The notes under the pieces: generated by a model | Told to the model about the DNA's origin: nothing | Seen by the model: only the letters and a program-made list of their open reading frames with translations | Databases searched by the model: none | Assembly (NCBI GenBank): GCA_038729465.1 | Contig: JAVYRZ010000003.1 | Coordinates: 40,454 to 104,453 of the forward strand | DNA length: 64,000 nucleotides | Reading direction: 5' to 3' | Source: Thermoplasmata archaeon | Lineage (GTDB): Archaea; Thermoplasmatota; Thermoplasmata; Thermoplasmatales; ARK-15 | Part shown: positions 46,921-55,847 of the stretch, piece by piece | How positions within the stretch are numbered: position 1 is the first letter of the stretch | Layout of the letters: each line of letters opens with the position of its first letter | Translations under genes and position numbers: made by a program

Positions 46921-47607
46921 TTAATATGTTTCTGTACCTGAAAGAACTTCTATACCTTTATCTGTAATATAGTAAGGTCTTATTTTTCTAGAATGATTAG
47001 TTCTTCTCATTTTTATAACACACATAGTTAACCTCAGTTCATCTGCACGCTCGATATATTTTAAGAGAATAACTCCATCCACCACATACTCTATTAATCC
47101 ATCTCTAGAACTTGATGGGTTTCTAGGATCTACTTCTGCAGTGATAATTGATGTTGCACCAGATTCCTTAATAGCTTTTACCAGTGAAAAAATTCCTTTT
47201 CTCTTTTCTGCATCAGTATCAAAAAGCATGCTTAACAAAGATACAGAATCTAATACCAATCTTTTTGCACCAAATTCTCTTATCTGTTCCGGAAGGTCAC
47301 TGTTTATCCTCTCAACTGTGTTTAAAGCAGATTCGGGATCAAGCTTTATCACCAGTAGCTTATCTTCTTTAATATATGAATCTATGTCCCAGCCATAAAC
47401 TGCTGAATTTTTTGCAATATCCTCACTGTTTTCTTCCAAGCTTATATAGATTCCTTTTTCACCGTTTACCAACCCTTCCCAAATAAATTGCAATGCCAGT
47501 GTTGTTTTTCCTGTCCCAAATTCTCCCAGTACTGCAACACATTCATGCTCTGGGATACCACCCTCTAACATATTGTCAAGCCCGCTAATGCCAGTTTTTA
47601 TTTTCAT
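46921..47607 (-). CDS. Single-domain KaiC/RadA-like ATPase (canonical P-loop)
   Basis: 228 aa; TGISGLDNMLEGGIPEHECVAVLGEFGTGKTTLALQF, YISLEENSEDI, and RLVLDSVSLL. Confidence 0.8.
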   Translation of the reverse strand: MKIKTGISGLDNMLEGGIPEHECVAVLGEFGTGKTTLALQFIWEGLVNGEKGIYISLEENSEDIAKNSAVYGWDIDSYIKEDKLLVIKLDPESALNTVERINSDLPEQIREFGAKRLVLDSVSLLSMLFDTDAEKRKGIFSLVKAIKESGATSIITAEVDPRNPSSSRDGLIEYVVDGVILLKYIERADELRLTMCVIKMRRTNHSRKIRPYYITDKGIEVLSGTETY

Positions 47608-47611
47608 TCTT

Positions 47612-48436
47612 TCACCTGATCCTTTCAGTATCTACTACTACAAACCCTCTTTTATTGTTTAGAGAAGTATCAAACCTTACAATCTTCTCTTCTTCCAAGT
47701 GAGATAACACCCCATTAAACTTTAAAACATACATGTATCTCGAGCGTATATAATATTTTTCATATCCTTGCCATCTAAATACTATTACACCATCAACAGT
47801 ATCATATAATATTGCCTCTAAACGTTTATCTACTATTGACTCTGCTAGCATTAGATATGTTATTCCATTTCTCGATTTTGTAAATCTTTGCAGTCCCTTA
47901 ATAATGTCTATAACAGCGCTCTGTTCTATGTAGGGGGATATTATAAGGTCAGTCAATGAGTCTATAATTACTATACTATCGTCTCCGTTTTCATTTATAT
48001 AGTCTACAAATTCACTGAGCAGATCTTTATCTTCTTTAAAGATATTGCTTTTTTCTCCAATCCAGTTTTTAGGCACTTTACTCCTTTTAAAATATAATCT
48101 AGAAAAATCTTTGAAAATAAGTGTGTTCTTAAAATCAGATATAAAATCCTGATCAAAGATAAGATCTATATTTCTTTCAATCTCCTCTCTTGACCTTGAA
48201 AAGGAAATATAATGTGTTTTATTGGGAATATGTACGATATTTCCATACTTTTCGTAATCCCTTTTTTTATCGTCTCCCAGAGAGTCACTAAGCTTTATCG
48301 CCGAGGTTAAAGCAAATTCTAAAGCACCTGCACCAGGCTCTCCTGTCAAAATGATCAGAGAACCATTAGGTAACCCTCCCTTTACGATACTGTCAAAGTC
48401 TGGAACCTCTGTTGGAATTTTAACTTTTGGGTCCAT
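47612..48436 (-). CDS. KaiC/RecA-fold paralog with a degenerate Walker A (predicted pseudo-ATPase)
   Basis: 274 aa; FDSIVKGGLPNGSLIILTGEPGAGALEFALTS, where the GxxGxGK[ST] Lys/Thr are replaced by Ala/Leu. A Walker-B-like IVIIDSLTDL is retained. It ends 4 nt upstream of the canonical paralog. Confidence 0.7.
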   Translation of the reverse strand: MDPKVKIPTEVPDFDSIVKGGLPNGSLIILTGEPGAGALEFALTSAIKLSDSLGDDKKRDYEKYGNIVHIPNKTHYISFSRSREEIERNIDLIFDQDFISDFKNTLIFKDFSRLYFKRSKVPKNWIGEKSNIFKEDKDLLSEFVDYINENGDDSIVIIDSLTDLIISPYIEQSAVIDIIKGLQRFTKSRNGITYLMLAESIVDKRLEAILYDTVDGVIVFRWQGYEKYYIRSRYMYVLKFNGVLSHLEEEKIVRFDTSLNNKRGFVVVDTERIR

Positions 48437-49391
48437 TTTTTATCTCCCTCCATAAACTCTCTGCAGCTAGTTCTATTGATATCCTTGAATTATAATGTGG
48501 AACAAATCCATAACTTTTGATTTTACTTATATCTAGGATCATAACCTTAATGTCCCCGATCCATCCTCTTCCATCTTTACCACCTGTAAATTTAAAATCT
48601 ACATTTTTTAAGTTCATTGTTTTTACAACAATACTTGCAATATCTTTTACATTGATATAATCTTCAGAACCTATATTAAATATCTCAACAAACTCTTTTT
48701 TGTGCTCGAACCCAAATATTATGGCGTCAATACATTCCTCTATATATAGGTATGATTTAGACTGAGAGCCATCTCCCAAAATCTCTAAACTATCTGGATT
48801 TAACAGAAGTTTGTGAATAAAATCATATATAACCCCATGTGTACCGTGCTCACCTACAATGTTGGCAAATCTGTAGATCACAGAGCTTAATCCATAATTC
48901 TGGGAATATGCAGTAATATATGCCTCTGCTGCCAGTTTTGACGCCCCGTACATAGATATCGGTATCAATGGTCCGTAATTTTCGGGTGTGGGCATTAATT
49001 TAGCCTCTCCATAAACCGTAGAGCTGGAAGTGAAAATAAGGTTATTTACGTCCTTGATTCTCATAGCTTCTAACAAATTTGAGGTGGTTATTACATTCTG
49101 TTTTAAGTGAATATCTGTATCTAAAGCTCCAATTCTAACATCCGGATTTGCAGCTAAATGAAATATTATGTCAATATTTTCAAGGGCAGGATTTACTTCT
49201 TCCTTTGCCAAAAGGTCCCCCTTGATAAACTTAAAGTTTTTTAAGTTCATATAATCTTTCAAAAGATCAATATTTCCACTGCTTAAATTATCAAATACTA
49301 CTATGTTATTATCTTTTATTAATCTTGCTACTAAATTACTGCCTATAAAGCCTGCTCCACCAGTAATTAGTATATTTTTGTTCCTAATCAT
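48420..49391 (-). CDS. NAD-dependent nucleotide-sugar epimerase/dehydratase (GalE-like SDR)
   Basis: 323 aa; ILITGGAGFIGSNL and the catalytic YGASKLAAE. Confidence 0.85.
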   Translation of the reverse strand: MIRNKNILITGGAGFIGSNLVARLIKDNNIVVFDNLSSGNIDLLKDYMNLKNFKFIKGDLLAKEEVNPALENIDIIFHLAANPDVRIGALDTDIHLKQNVITTSNLLEAMRIKDVNNLIFTSSSTVYGEAKLMPTPENYGPLIPISMYGASKLAAEAYITAYSQNYGLSSVIYRFANIVGEHGTHGVIYDFIHKLLLNPDSLEILGDGSQSKSYLYIEECIDAIIFGFEHKKEFVEIFNIGSEDYINVKDIASIVVKTMNLKNVDFKFTGGKDGRGWIGDIKVMILDISKIKSYGFVPHYNSRISIELAAESLWREIKNGPKS

Positions 49392-50028
49392 ACTTGCTCA
49401 CCAGTACATAGTGCTCTTTTTCATACGGTTCAATATTTATAGTTTCTTTCACATTCTTTAATTTCTTTCTTTCTATCTCAAGAACTTGCTTTGCAGATTT
49501 AGTCACATCTATTGCTTTTGTTTTAAGTGCCAAGATCCCGTAGCCTCCATGTGATAGAAACCTGACATTTTTATTAAATATCTCTGCCTGATTTTTCTGG
49601 GCTATATCTTGATATATTATATCTATATCTTTTATAAAAAATTCATATTTTTCAGGATGATTTGCATCTTCTAATATAGGATACACATTTTTTCTTTTTT
49701 CTGCAAGACTCAATAATGATTTAAAAGACCTCACAGATTTTTCAATAGCAAAAATATTTCCCTCAACACAGATGTCTGATAAGAAAGAAACAGTATTCCC
49801 AAATGAGGCACCGAGATATAAGATGTTTGAATTTTTCTTAAAAGGGAAAAGTCCTATATTTTTGTACAGAGCAGCGGATAATTTACTTTTATATGGGTCC
49901 CAGTACCTATATTCTTGATTATTTATCTTTAAAACTCTCTCTCCAAACAGAGATCCTTGTGAATAATTTAAAGTATATAAGTCTCTATTATGCTCAAAGA
50001 CACCAAAATATCGTTTTGATAGGATCAT
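49384..50028 (-). CDS. flpA: Fibrillarin-like rRNA/tRNA 2'-O-methyltransferase
   Basis: 214 aa, collinear with archaeal fibrillarin: EYRYWDPYKSKLSAAL, ILYLGASFGNTVSFLSDI, YPILEDANHPEKY, IIYQDIAQKNQAEI, GGYGILALKTKAIDVT, IEPYEKEH. Confidence 0.85.
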   Translation of the reverse strand: MILSKRYFGVFEHNRDLYTLNYSQGSLFGERVLKINNQEYRYWDPYKSKLSAALYKNIGLFPFKKNSNILYLGASFGNTVSFLSDICVEGNIFAIEKSVRSFKSLLSLAEKRKNVYPILEDANHPEKYEFFIKDIDIIYQDIAQKNQAEIFNKNVRFLSHGGYGILALKTKAIDVTKSAKQVLEIERKKLKNVKETINIEPYEKEHYVLVSKYD

Positions 50029-50290
50029 AACAAAGATGATATATCATACACGTTTTTATAAATGTTTTGCTGTGGCTATGGCGGTAATATATAGTTGGAT
50101 AAATAATATTTTTTCAATTTTTTATGTACAATACGTATTTTTGAACCGCATCTATTGTGTCAGTAATATACCTCGAAAAAGATTAAAAAATATGCACTAT
50201 GCTAACACAGGATAAAAAATGATCCAACCGTCAATTTTCACCCAAGATACAATAATAAAATTTATATATGACTGCGAATAATGTCTTACC

Positions 50291-50755
50291 GTGGCTTTTG
50301 CAGTATCTGGGAATATAATAATCAGAAAGTTCAATATAGACTCACTTTCTAATATAATAAAAATAGCGGATATGAGTTTGGATGAAAAGTATTCCATAGA
50401 TCTTTTTCTTGATATATATAGTGAATGGCCTGAGGGATTCTTAGTAGCAGAGATGAACAATAATATAGTAGGTTTTTTAGCCGGAGCTAGATTATCTGCA
50501 AAAGAAAGTAGAATATTGATGCTAGCTGTAAATCCAAATTATCAAGGATTAGGAATTGGATCCAAACTAGTTAATAACTTTGAAGCGCTTTCTATAGCTA
50601 ATGGTATCAGAACTATAAGATTAGAAGTGCGCGTTTCAAATTATAAAGCAATCCAGTTTTATCAAAAAAGAAAATATGTAATTGCGAATATTATTCCGCA
50701 TTACTATACTAACAACGAAAATGCATTTTTGATGTGGAAAATCCTTATTTTTTAA
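50291..50755 (+). CDS. GNAT family N-acetyltransferase (RimI-like)
   Basis: 154 aa with a GTG start; FLVAEMNNNIVGFLAG, and the acetyl-CoA motif VNPNYQGLGIGSKL. Confidence 0.8.
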   Translation: MAFAVSGNIIIRKFNIDSLSNIIKIADMSLDEKYSIDLFLDIYSEWPEGFLVAEMNNNIVGFLAGARLSAKESRILMLAVNPNYQGLGIGSKLVNNFEALSIANGIRTIRLEVRVSNYKAIQFYQKRKYVIANIIPHYYTNNENAFLMWKILIF

Positions 50756-51945
50756 AACAATGGTATTTTTCCGCTCATTAGTTCCATTGTTAGATCACTA
50801 ATATTTGCGAGATAACTGTCCGCAATACTTTCAAACTCTCTCTTGTATTTATTAATATTTACATTCGCATTAGGCACAACCTGTATGCTTGCAACCTGAG
50901 GCTCGTCAATTGGTTTTCCGATCTGTGATACGATTCTGACATTTACTTCTTTTAGATCGCCACCGGCAGTGTCGTAGATTTTGTCTGCAATTTTGAATGA
51001 GAGTATATTATAAAGCTTACCTACATGCGTTACCGGGTTCTTACCCGCAGAAGCCTCCATGCTCATCGGACGATAAGGTGTTATTAAACCATTTACTCTG
51101 TTTCCTCTACCCACTGAACCATCATCTCCATTTTCCATAGAGAGACCGGTCACGGTTATATAGTAGCTCGAGAATTTTTCTAGATCTGCAGTATTGACAA
51201 ATATATTTACTTTTTTGTCCGTAAACTTTCTAGAGTAATCTAGCAGTTTTTCTTTCAGTTCCAGTTTTGAATTATTATATTCTTTCGGAGAAGCTACTCT
51301 CTTTCCAACATATGCTGCAGCAACAGTAAGATTTATTACATCCTTATTTCTCACGCCCATAACTTTTATATCATATCCTATTTCTGGCATGGTCTCTTTT
51401 AAGCTACCATTTATATATTTTTCAGTTTCTAATGTGAGCTTATCTGTCTCTGAGAGCGGTGCATAACCAACCCCGAAGGAAGTATCATTTGAAAGATTCT
51501 GTTGAGAATACAGAGAGGTTAGATCCACAGATCCTTGCCCAATTTTGCAGTCTATTATAACATCTTCGTCAGTGTCCAGATCTTTAAAATTATTTCTTAA
51601 ATATTCTCTGGCAGCTTTTAGCGCTATAGTTCGGTATGGGATCCTATCATTATTCACCTTAGTAGTAGCACGTCCAACCAATAATATATAAATAGGTTCT
51701 AGCATATTTCCTCCTCCAAATTCTGGTTTACTCTGTCCACCCACAACCTGTGTTTCATCAGTATTGTGATGCAGAACCTTTCCATAGTTTTTATAATAAT
51801 AGTTACTTAATGCTCTACTAACAGACTCAGATAGTGCATCGGCCACGCTATCAGGATGTCCTATTCCTTTGCGCTCTACCAACTCTACATCTCGCTCAAT
51901 TACCGCTTTTTGATCATTTTCTTCTACAACTATATTTCTAGGCAT
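50752..51945 (-). CDS. mat: Archaeal-type S-adenosylmethionine synthetase
   Basis: MPRNIVVE...VELVERKGIGHPDSVADALSESVSRAL. ATG 51945 was chosen; the 23 upstream codons in the track look non-native. Confidence 0.92.
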   Translation of the reverse strand: MPRNIVVEENDQKAVIERDVELVERKGIGHPDSVADALSESVSRALSNYYYKNYGKVLHHNTDETQVVGGQSKPEFGGGNMLEPIYILLVGRATTKVNNDRIPYRTIALKAAREYLRNNFKDLDTDEDVIIDCKIGQGSVDLTSLYSQQNLSNDTSFGVGYAPLSETDKLTLETEKYINGSLKETMPEIGYDIKVMGVRNKDVINLTVAAAYVGKRVASPKEYNNSKLELKEKLLDYSRKFTDKKVNIFVNTADLEKFSSYYITVTGLSMENGDDGSVGRGNRVNGLITPYRPMSMEASAGKNPVTHVGKLYNILSFKIADKIYDTAGGDLKEVNVRIVSQIGKPIDEPQVASIQVVPNANVNINKYKREFESIADSYLANISDLTMELMSGKIPLF

Positions 51946-52016
51946 TTTTATTTTCCTCCTAGTGAATAAAAAGATATATAATCCTTCAAGTTTTAAATTT
52001 TTCGGTGCAATCACAG

Positions 52017-52283
52017 CTAAAATCTAAGGCCATAAATATCAAGTAACTTCGTAAATTTCTTGGTTTCAGTGATAAAAGCTAGGCCTTCTCTGGTGATTTT
52101 GTAGCTGTTGGTCCCATCTATTTCTTCGATCAATTTTTTTTCTTTTAAAACTCCAATGTAAGTAACTAATCTAGTATATGGCACATTCACCTTTTTTAAA
52201 ATATCTCCTATCGTTTCATCTCCTTCTTCCAGGCTGGTCAATATTTCAAGCATTATTCCCATTTCAGTCCTGTTTTTTCTCAT
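52017..52283 (-). CDS. Small winged-helix DNA-binding protein (HTH_45-like)
   Basis: 88 aa; the pattern ILEILTSLEEGDETIGDILKKVNVPYTRLVTYIGVLKEKKLIEE...YKITREGLAFI. The start may be the ATG at 52262. Confidence 0.6.
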   Translation of the reverse strand: MRKNRTEMGIMLEILTSLEEGDETIGDILKKVNVPYTRLVTYIGVLKEKKLIEEIDGTNSYKITREGLAFITETKKFTKLLDIYGLRF

Positions 52284-52824
52284 TTGTTCCCCTTAAAAGT
52301 ACAATGTAAAGTGGTACAAAAAACATTATTACTCCAGCACTTAAAAATAGCATTGATAATATTTGAATTACGCCATTATTTACAACAACATTAAACATGT
52401 TCAATCCCACAGAAATAATGAACAACAAAAACGAAGAAAATACTACAAGTGAATAAAGCTCCTTGGTTTTTTGTTTTAATATAATGATGCTGTTATAAAC
52501 AAGGAAGTAAAGAGAAAGCACAAGTAAAAGATTATAAACGATCATCAATGGTAATGCAGCTAATATTATCTCTTTTCTGAAATACTGAATATAAATAATA
52601 AAAAATGCCAAGGTCTCAAAAATAGTTGAATAAACTAAAAAATCGAAATTGTAAAAATAGCTCATCATAGAAAATAAGAAGCTTAGGGAAAAAAAGAAGT
52701 AAGTCAATAACAATATATAAAATGATCTTTTTTTTAGTTTGTTAAACGCCACAGAAAGTAATATTGTTGAAAATACTGAAATCGCAAATCCGAATATGGA
52801 TGCAAATAAAAGGATATAATTCAT
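52264..52824 (-). CDS. Integral membrane protein (about 6 TM helices), function unknown
   Basis: 186 aa and highly hydrophobic, immediately upstream of the wHTH gene on the same strand. Confidence 0.5.
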   Translation of the reverse strand: MNYILLFASIFGFAISVFSTILLSVAFNKLKKRSFYILLLTYFFFSLSFLFSMMSYFYNFDFLVYSTIFETLAFFIIYIQYFRKEIILAALPLMIVYNLLLVLSLYFLVYNSIIILKQKTKELYSLVVFSSFLLFIISVGLNMFNVVVNNGVIQILSMLFLSAGVIMFFVPLYIVLLRGTNEKKQD

Positions 52825-53008
52825 AAATACTAATTATTACTACTCTGTTTATAAATCTTATCATTTTCAATGAATTTATCTACCAACGCAAATATTCACC
52901 TTTTTATTCATCTTATCAAACAACCCTAATTTTAATTTTCATCTTTTTAAGTGGTCGTAAAAACGATTTTTTAAATATTATAATGCAATTTAACTTTTCA
53001 GAATAAAA

Positions 53009-53083
53009 GGGCGTGTGGCCTAGCATGGATAGGGCAACGGCCTCCTAAGCCGTAGATCAGGGGTCCAAATCCCCTCACGCTCG
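53009..53083 (+). tRNA. tRNA-Arg (anticodon CCT); no encoded CCA and no intron
   Basis: Hand-folded cloverleaf. Acceptor stem GGGCGTG/CACGCTC (one G-U pair). D arm GCCT/GGGC with A14, G18G19 and A21. Anticodon arm ACGGC-CTCCTAA-GCCGT. Variable loop AGATC. T arm AGGGG-TCCAAAT-CCCCT. Discriminator G. Confidence 0.9.
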
Positions 53084-53640
53084 CTCTAAAATTAATAAAA
53101 AATATTTTTTATATAGTTTATTTTTTTTAAAATGCAGTGCCTTGATACAACATGATCTGAGAATTAACCTCTATTTCAAGCTCTCATGGTGCGGCATTGA
53201 TCGATTATTCGTCATGTGTTTGCTGTTATCCGTATCTTTTTCTATGTTCTTTCATAGTAAAAGATCTCAGATTTTAATTCTTTTTCAGTATTGGAACCTT
53301 TAGACTCTGATATTATTAGGATAGTGTTTTAGGAGTCTCTGCTTGTTAATTTGCATAACCTTTATGTCTGTTATACCTTTTGATTAAACTAGAGTATAGA
53401 TTCCGTTCATCTTTGAAAATTTTTAATTTACATATGAGATATATTTTTTTAAAAAATCGTTTAATATTACAATTTTTAGAAATAAAATGTTGATTAATAT
53501 CTTTTTATAACTTTTATATATATTTTTTGCACGTTTTATTTATTAATTAGCTATAAAATAAAAATAACCATTTAAAATATATGCAGAAATAAGATAATAT
53601 TTAAATATTGGTAATCATTTAACTAACTGGTGAATTTTAT

Positions 53641-53871
53641 ATGGTTGTAGATTATACATCTGCTTTACTGGCAATATCGGCTAGCATAGCCATTGCTGGT
53701 GGACTGATAGGTACTGGTCTTGCTCAACAAGGTATTGGTGCAGCAGGTATGGGTATAATTGCAGAGAAACCAGAAAAATTTGGACAGGTGCTATTTTTCT
53801 TTGTTATTCCTGAAACCCTCTGGATAATCGGATTTGTGCTCGGAATAATTTTGTTGTTGCATATCCTATAA
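53641..53871 (+). CDS. atpK: A-type ATP synthase subunit K (proteolipid c, single hairpin)
   Basis: 76 aa, two TM helices, ion-binding Glu in VIPETLWI. GGTGA lies 7 nt before the ATG. Confidence 0.9.
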   Translation: MVVDYTSALLAISASIAIAGGLIGTGLAQQGIGAAGMGIIAEKPEKFGQVLFFFVIPETLWIIGFVLGIILLLHIL

Positions 53872-53882
53872 GCGGGATAAGT

Positions 53883-54443
53883 ATGTCTCTTGAAAATATA
53901 ATACAGGAAATAGAAAATCGCAAAACTCTAGAGATCAATAAAATTATAGATGAGTACACTAAAAAGATTAATGATGTGAAGGTCCAGAAGGAGAAAAAAA
54001 TAAATGAAATAAAAGACCTATATTCCAGGAAAAAGAATGAAGAAGCACTTTTAATAGAAAAAAGAGAGCTCGATGCTGCCGAATTTGAAGCGAAGAAGAT
54101 TGTAAGAGATAAAGTTGCAGAACTTATAAATATCAATGTAGATAAAGGAGTTATTATCCTGGAGAATCTTAGAGATACAGCAGAATACAAGGAAATTTTA
54201 AACAAGATGATTCAGGTTTCTAAGAAGCTTTTAGGTTCTAATTGCACAGTTAAGGTAAATTCAGCAGACGCAAACTTGATTACTGATTCTTCAGTAACTA
54301 TTGTAAAGGATAGCGTTGACAAGTATGGCGGGATCATTGCAGAATCAGAAGATAAAGAAGTGGATCTTACAATTTCTTCAATTATTAAAAATTTGAGAGA
54401 GCGCATAGCTATGGAATTATCTAATATTGTAGGTGAACATTAG
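53883..54443 (+). CDS. atpE: A-type ATP synthase subunit E
   Basis: 186 aa with a long N-terminal helix and a globular C-terminus. Operon position is between K and C. Confidence 0.8.
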   Translation: MSLENIIQEIENRKTLEINKIIDEYTKKINDVKVQKEKKINEIKDLYSRKKNEEALLIEKRELDAAEFEAKKIVRDKVAELININVDKGVIILENLRDTAEYKEILNKMIQVSKKLLGSNCTVKVNSADANLITDSSVTIVKDSVDKYGGIIAESEDKEVDLTISSIIKNLRERIAMELSNIVGEH

Positions 54444-55508
54444 ATGGATTCTACGTACTCAGGTGCATATGGACGCGTAAAAGTTTATCAGACTGAGTTT
54501 TTATCATCTGATTTTATTAACCATCTTATAGAGCTCAACAGTTTGGAAGATATTATGCATGCACTTTCTTCGACGCCATATCAAGAAGATATTACATCTC
54601 TCATTTCTTTGTATAAAAATCCAGATCTGTTAGAGATGGTTCTTAATAGGCATCTCATAAAAAAAAATAAGATAGCAATGTTTGCCATGCCACCCTTGTC
54701 TAAAGACTTACTGAAGGTTTATTTTTCAAAATGGGATATTGAGAATATTAAATCAATTTTGTCTTCGAAGTTGCTTGGCTATAATTTAAAAGAGAATGAG
54801 TCTTTTTTAGTTAGCTTTAGGGATATTCCCATGGGAATATTTGGAGGAACTATTTCATACGAAGATTATAAAATACTTATGTCTCAGGATTCGATTGAAG
54901 ATATTGCTAACTACTTATCCAAATTTGGATATGGTTCTCTTTTGATTCAGTATATTGATACATATAGAAAGACTGGAGACATCTCTAATATGTTATCTTC
55001 CTTGGACACATATTTCTACACTAAATTGATGGAGAGCTTAAAATATTATCGAGGCGATGAAGGGCCTTTAATCAGATACTTTAGGGAAGATATAGACAGC
55101 AAGAACTTGATGATGATTCTCAAATCTAAAGATCTCGGAGTAAAGTATGCGGATATTGCTAGCAATGTTATTCCCTACGGTAATTTATTGATTTCATACA
55201 TGGAAGAACTATATAAAAGCGAGAACGTTGAAGAGATATGTAATAAACTAGAATCTAAAATTATATTTGACAAAGCATTAAAGACTTATCAGGAGACAGG
55301 TCAATTAAGTGGCTTTGAAATTGAATTAAAAGCTGGAATTTATAAGAGATATCTAGAGATATTATCTTCTCAATCATTATCTATTGGCTCTATTTTTGCA
55401 TTTATATTAAGGTCAGAGATTGAAAGGCAGAATTTAAGAGCTATAGTTGTAGGAAAAAATTATCTATTAGAAAAAGAGAAAATAGCAGAACTTATAATAA
55501 AAGGGTGA
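54444..55508 (+). CDS. atpC: A-type ATP synthase subunit C
   Basis: 354-aa all-helical protein. Its size and operon position are typical of A1Ao subunit C (d). Confidence 0.85.
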   Translation: MDSTYSGAYGRVKVYQTEFLSSDFINHLIELNSLEDIMHALSSTPYQEDITSLISLYKNPDLLEMVLNRHLIKKNKIAMFAMPPLSKDLLKVYFSKWDIENIKSILSSKLLGYNLKENESFLVSFRDIPMGIFGGTISYEDYKILMSQDSIEDIANYLSKFGYGSLLIQYIDTYRKTGDISNMLSSLDTYFYTKLMESLKYYRGDEGPLIRYFREDIDSKNLMMILKSKDLGVKYADIASNVIPYGNLLISYMEELYKSENVEEICNKLESKIIFDKALKTYQETGQLSGFEIELKAGIYKRYLEILSSQSLSIGSIFAFILRSEIERQNLRAIVVGKNYLLEKEKIAELIIKG

Positions 55509-55514
55509 ATAAGA

Positions 55515-55841
55515 ATGTCTAAAATCCAAGAAGACGGAAAGATCGCGGTAATAGGCGAGAGAGCTTTGGCATTGGGATTCCGATTAATAGGATTAGAGCA
55601 TTCTTACATATATGATGGTGCAGAGGGGGTAAATAAGTTTTTAGAACTTTATAAATCAAATGAATATTCATTGATTATGCTATCAGAAAGTTTAAAACAG
55701 TATATGGATAAGAGGTTAATAGAGTCTATAGAGCTTTCTACTAAACCTCTTGTAGTCTTTATTCCACTATTAAAAACTGGTGAAGAAGAATCTGTAAGCA
55801 GTCTAGCAAAGAGGATATTAGGTGTAGATATAGGAAGGTGA
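55515..55841 (+). CDS. atpF: A-type ATP synthase subunit F
   Basis: 108 aa; the IAVIGERALALGFRLIGL pattern, immediately before atpA. Confidence 0.85.
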   Translation: MSKIQEDGKIAVIGERALALGFRLIGLEHSYIYDGAEGVNKFLELYKSNEYSLIMLSESLKQYMDKRLIESIELSTKPLVVFIPLLKTGEEESVSSLAKRILGVDIGR

Positions 55842-55847
55842 ATTATT

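Noticed and set aside
50029-50290. Looked for a C/D-box sRNA (RUGAUGA ... CUGA) near fibrillarin and in the other long spacers (9828-10082, 53084-53640)
   Set aside because: Only partial box matches were found (e.g. AUGAUCC, UUGAUGA), without a correctly spaced CUGA D box or terminal stem. Nothing is reportable.
53150-53275. 8-nt inverted repeat (ATCTGAGA / TCTCAGAT) about 110 nt apart in the tRNA-atpK spacer
   Set aside because: It is too short, and expected by chance in a 64-kb AT-rich sequence. No supporting stem extension was found.
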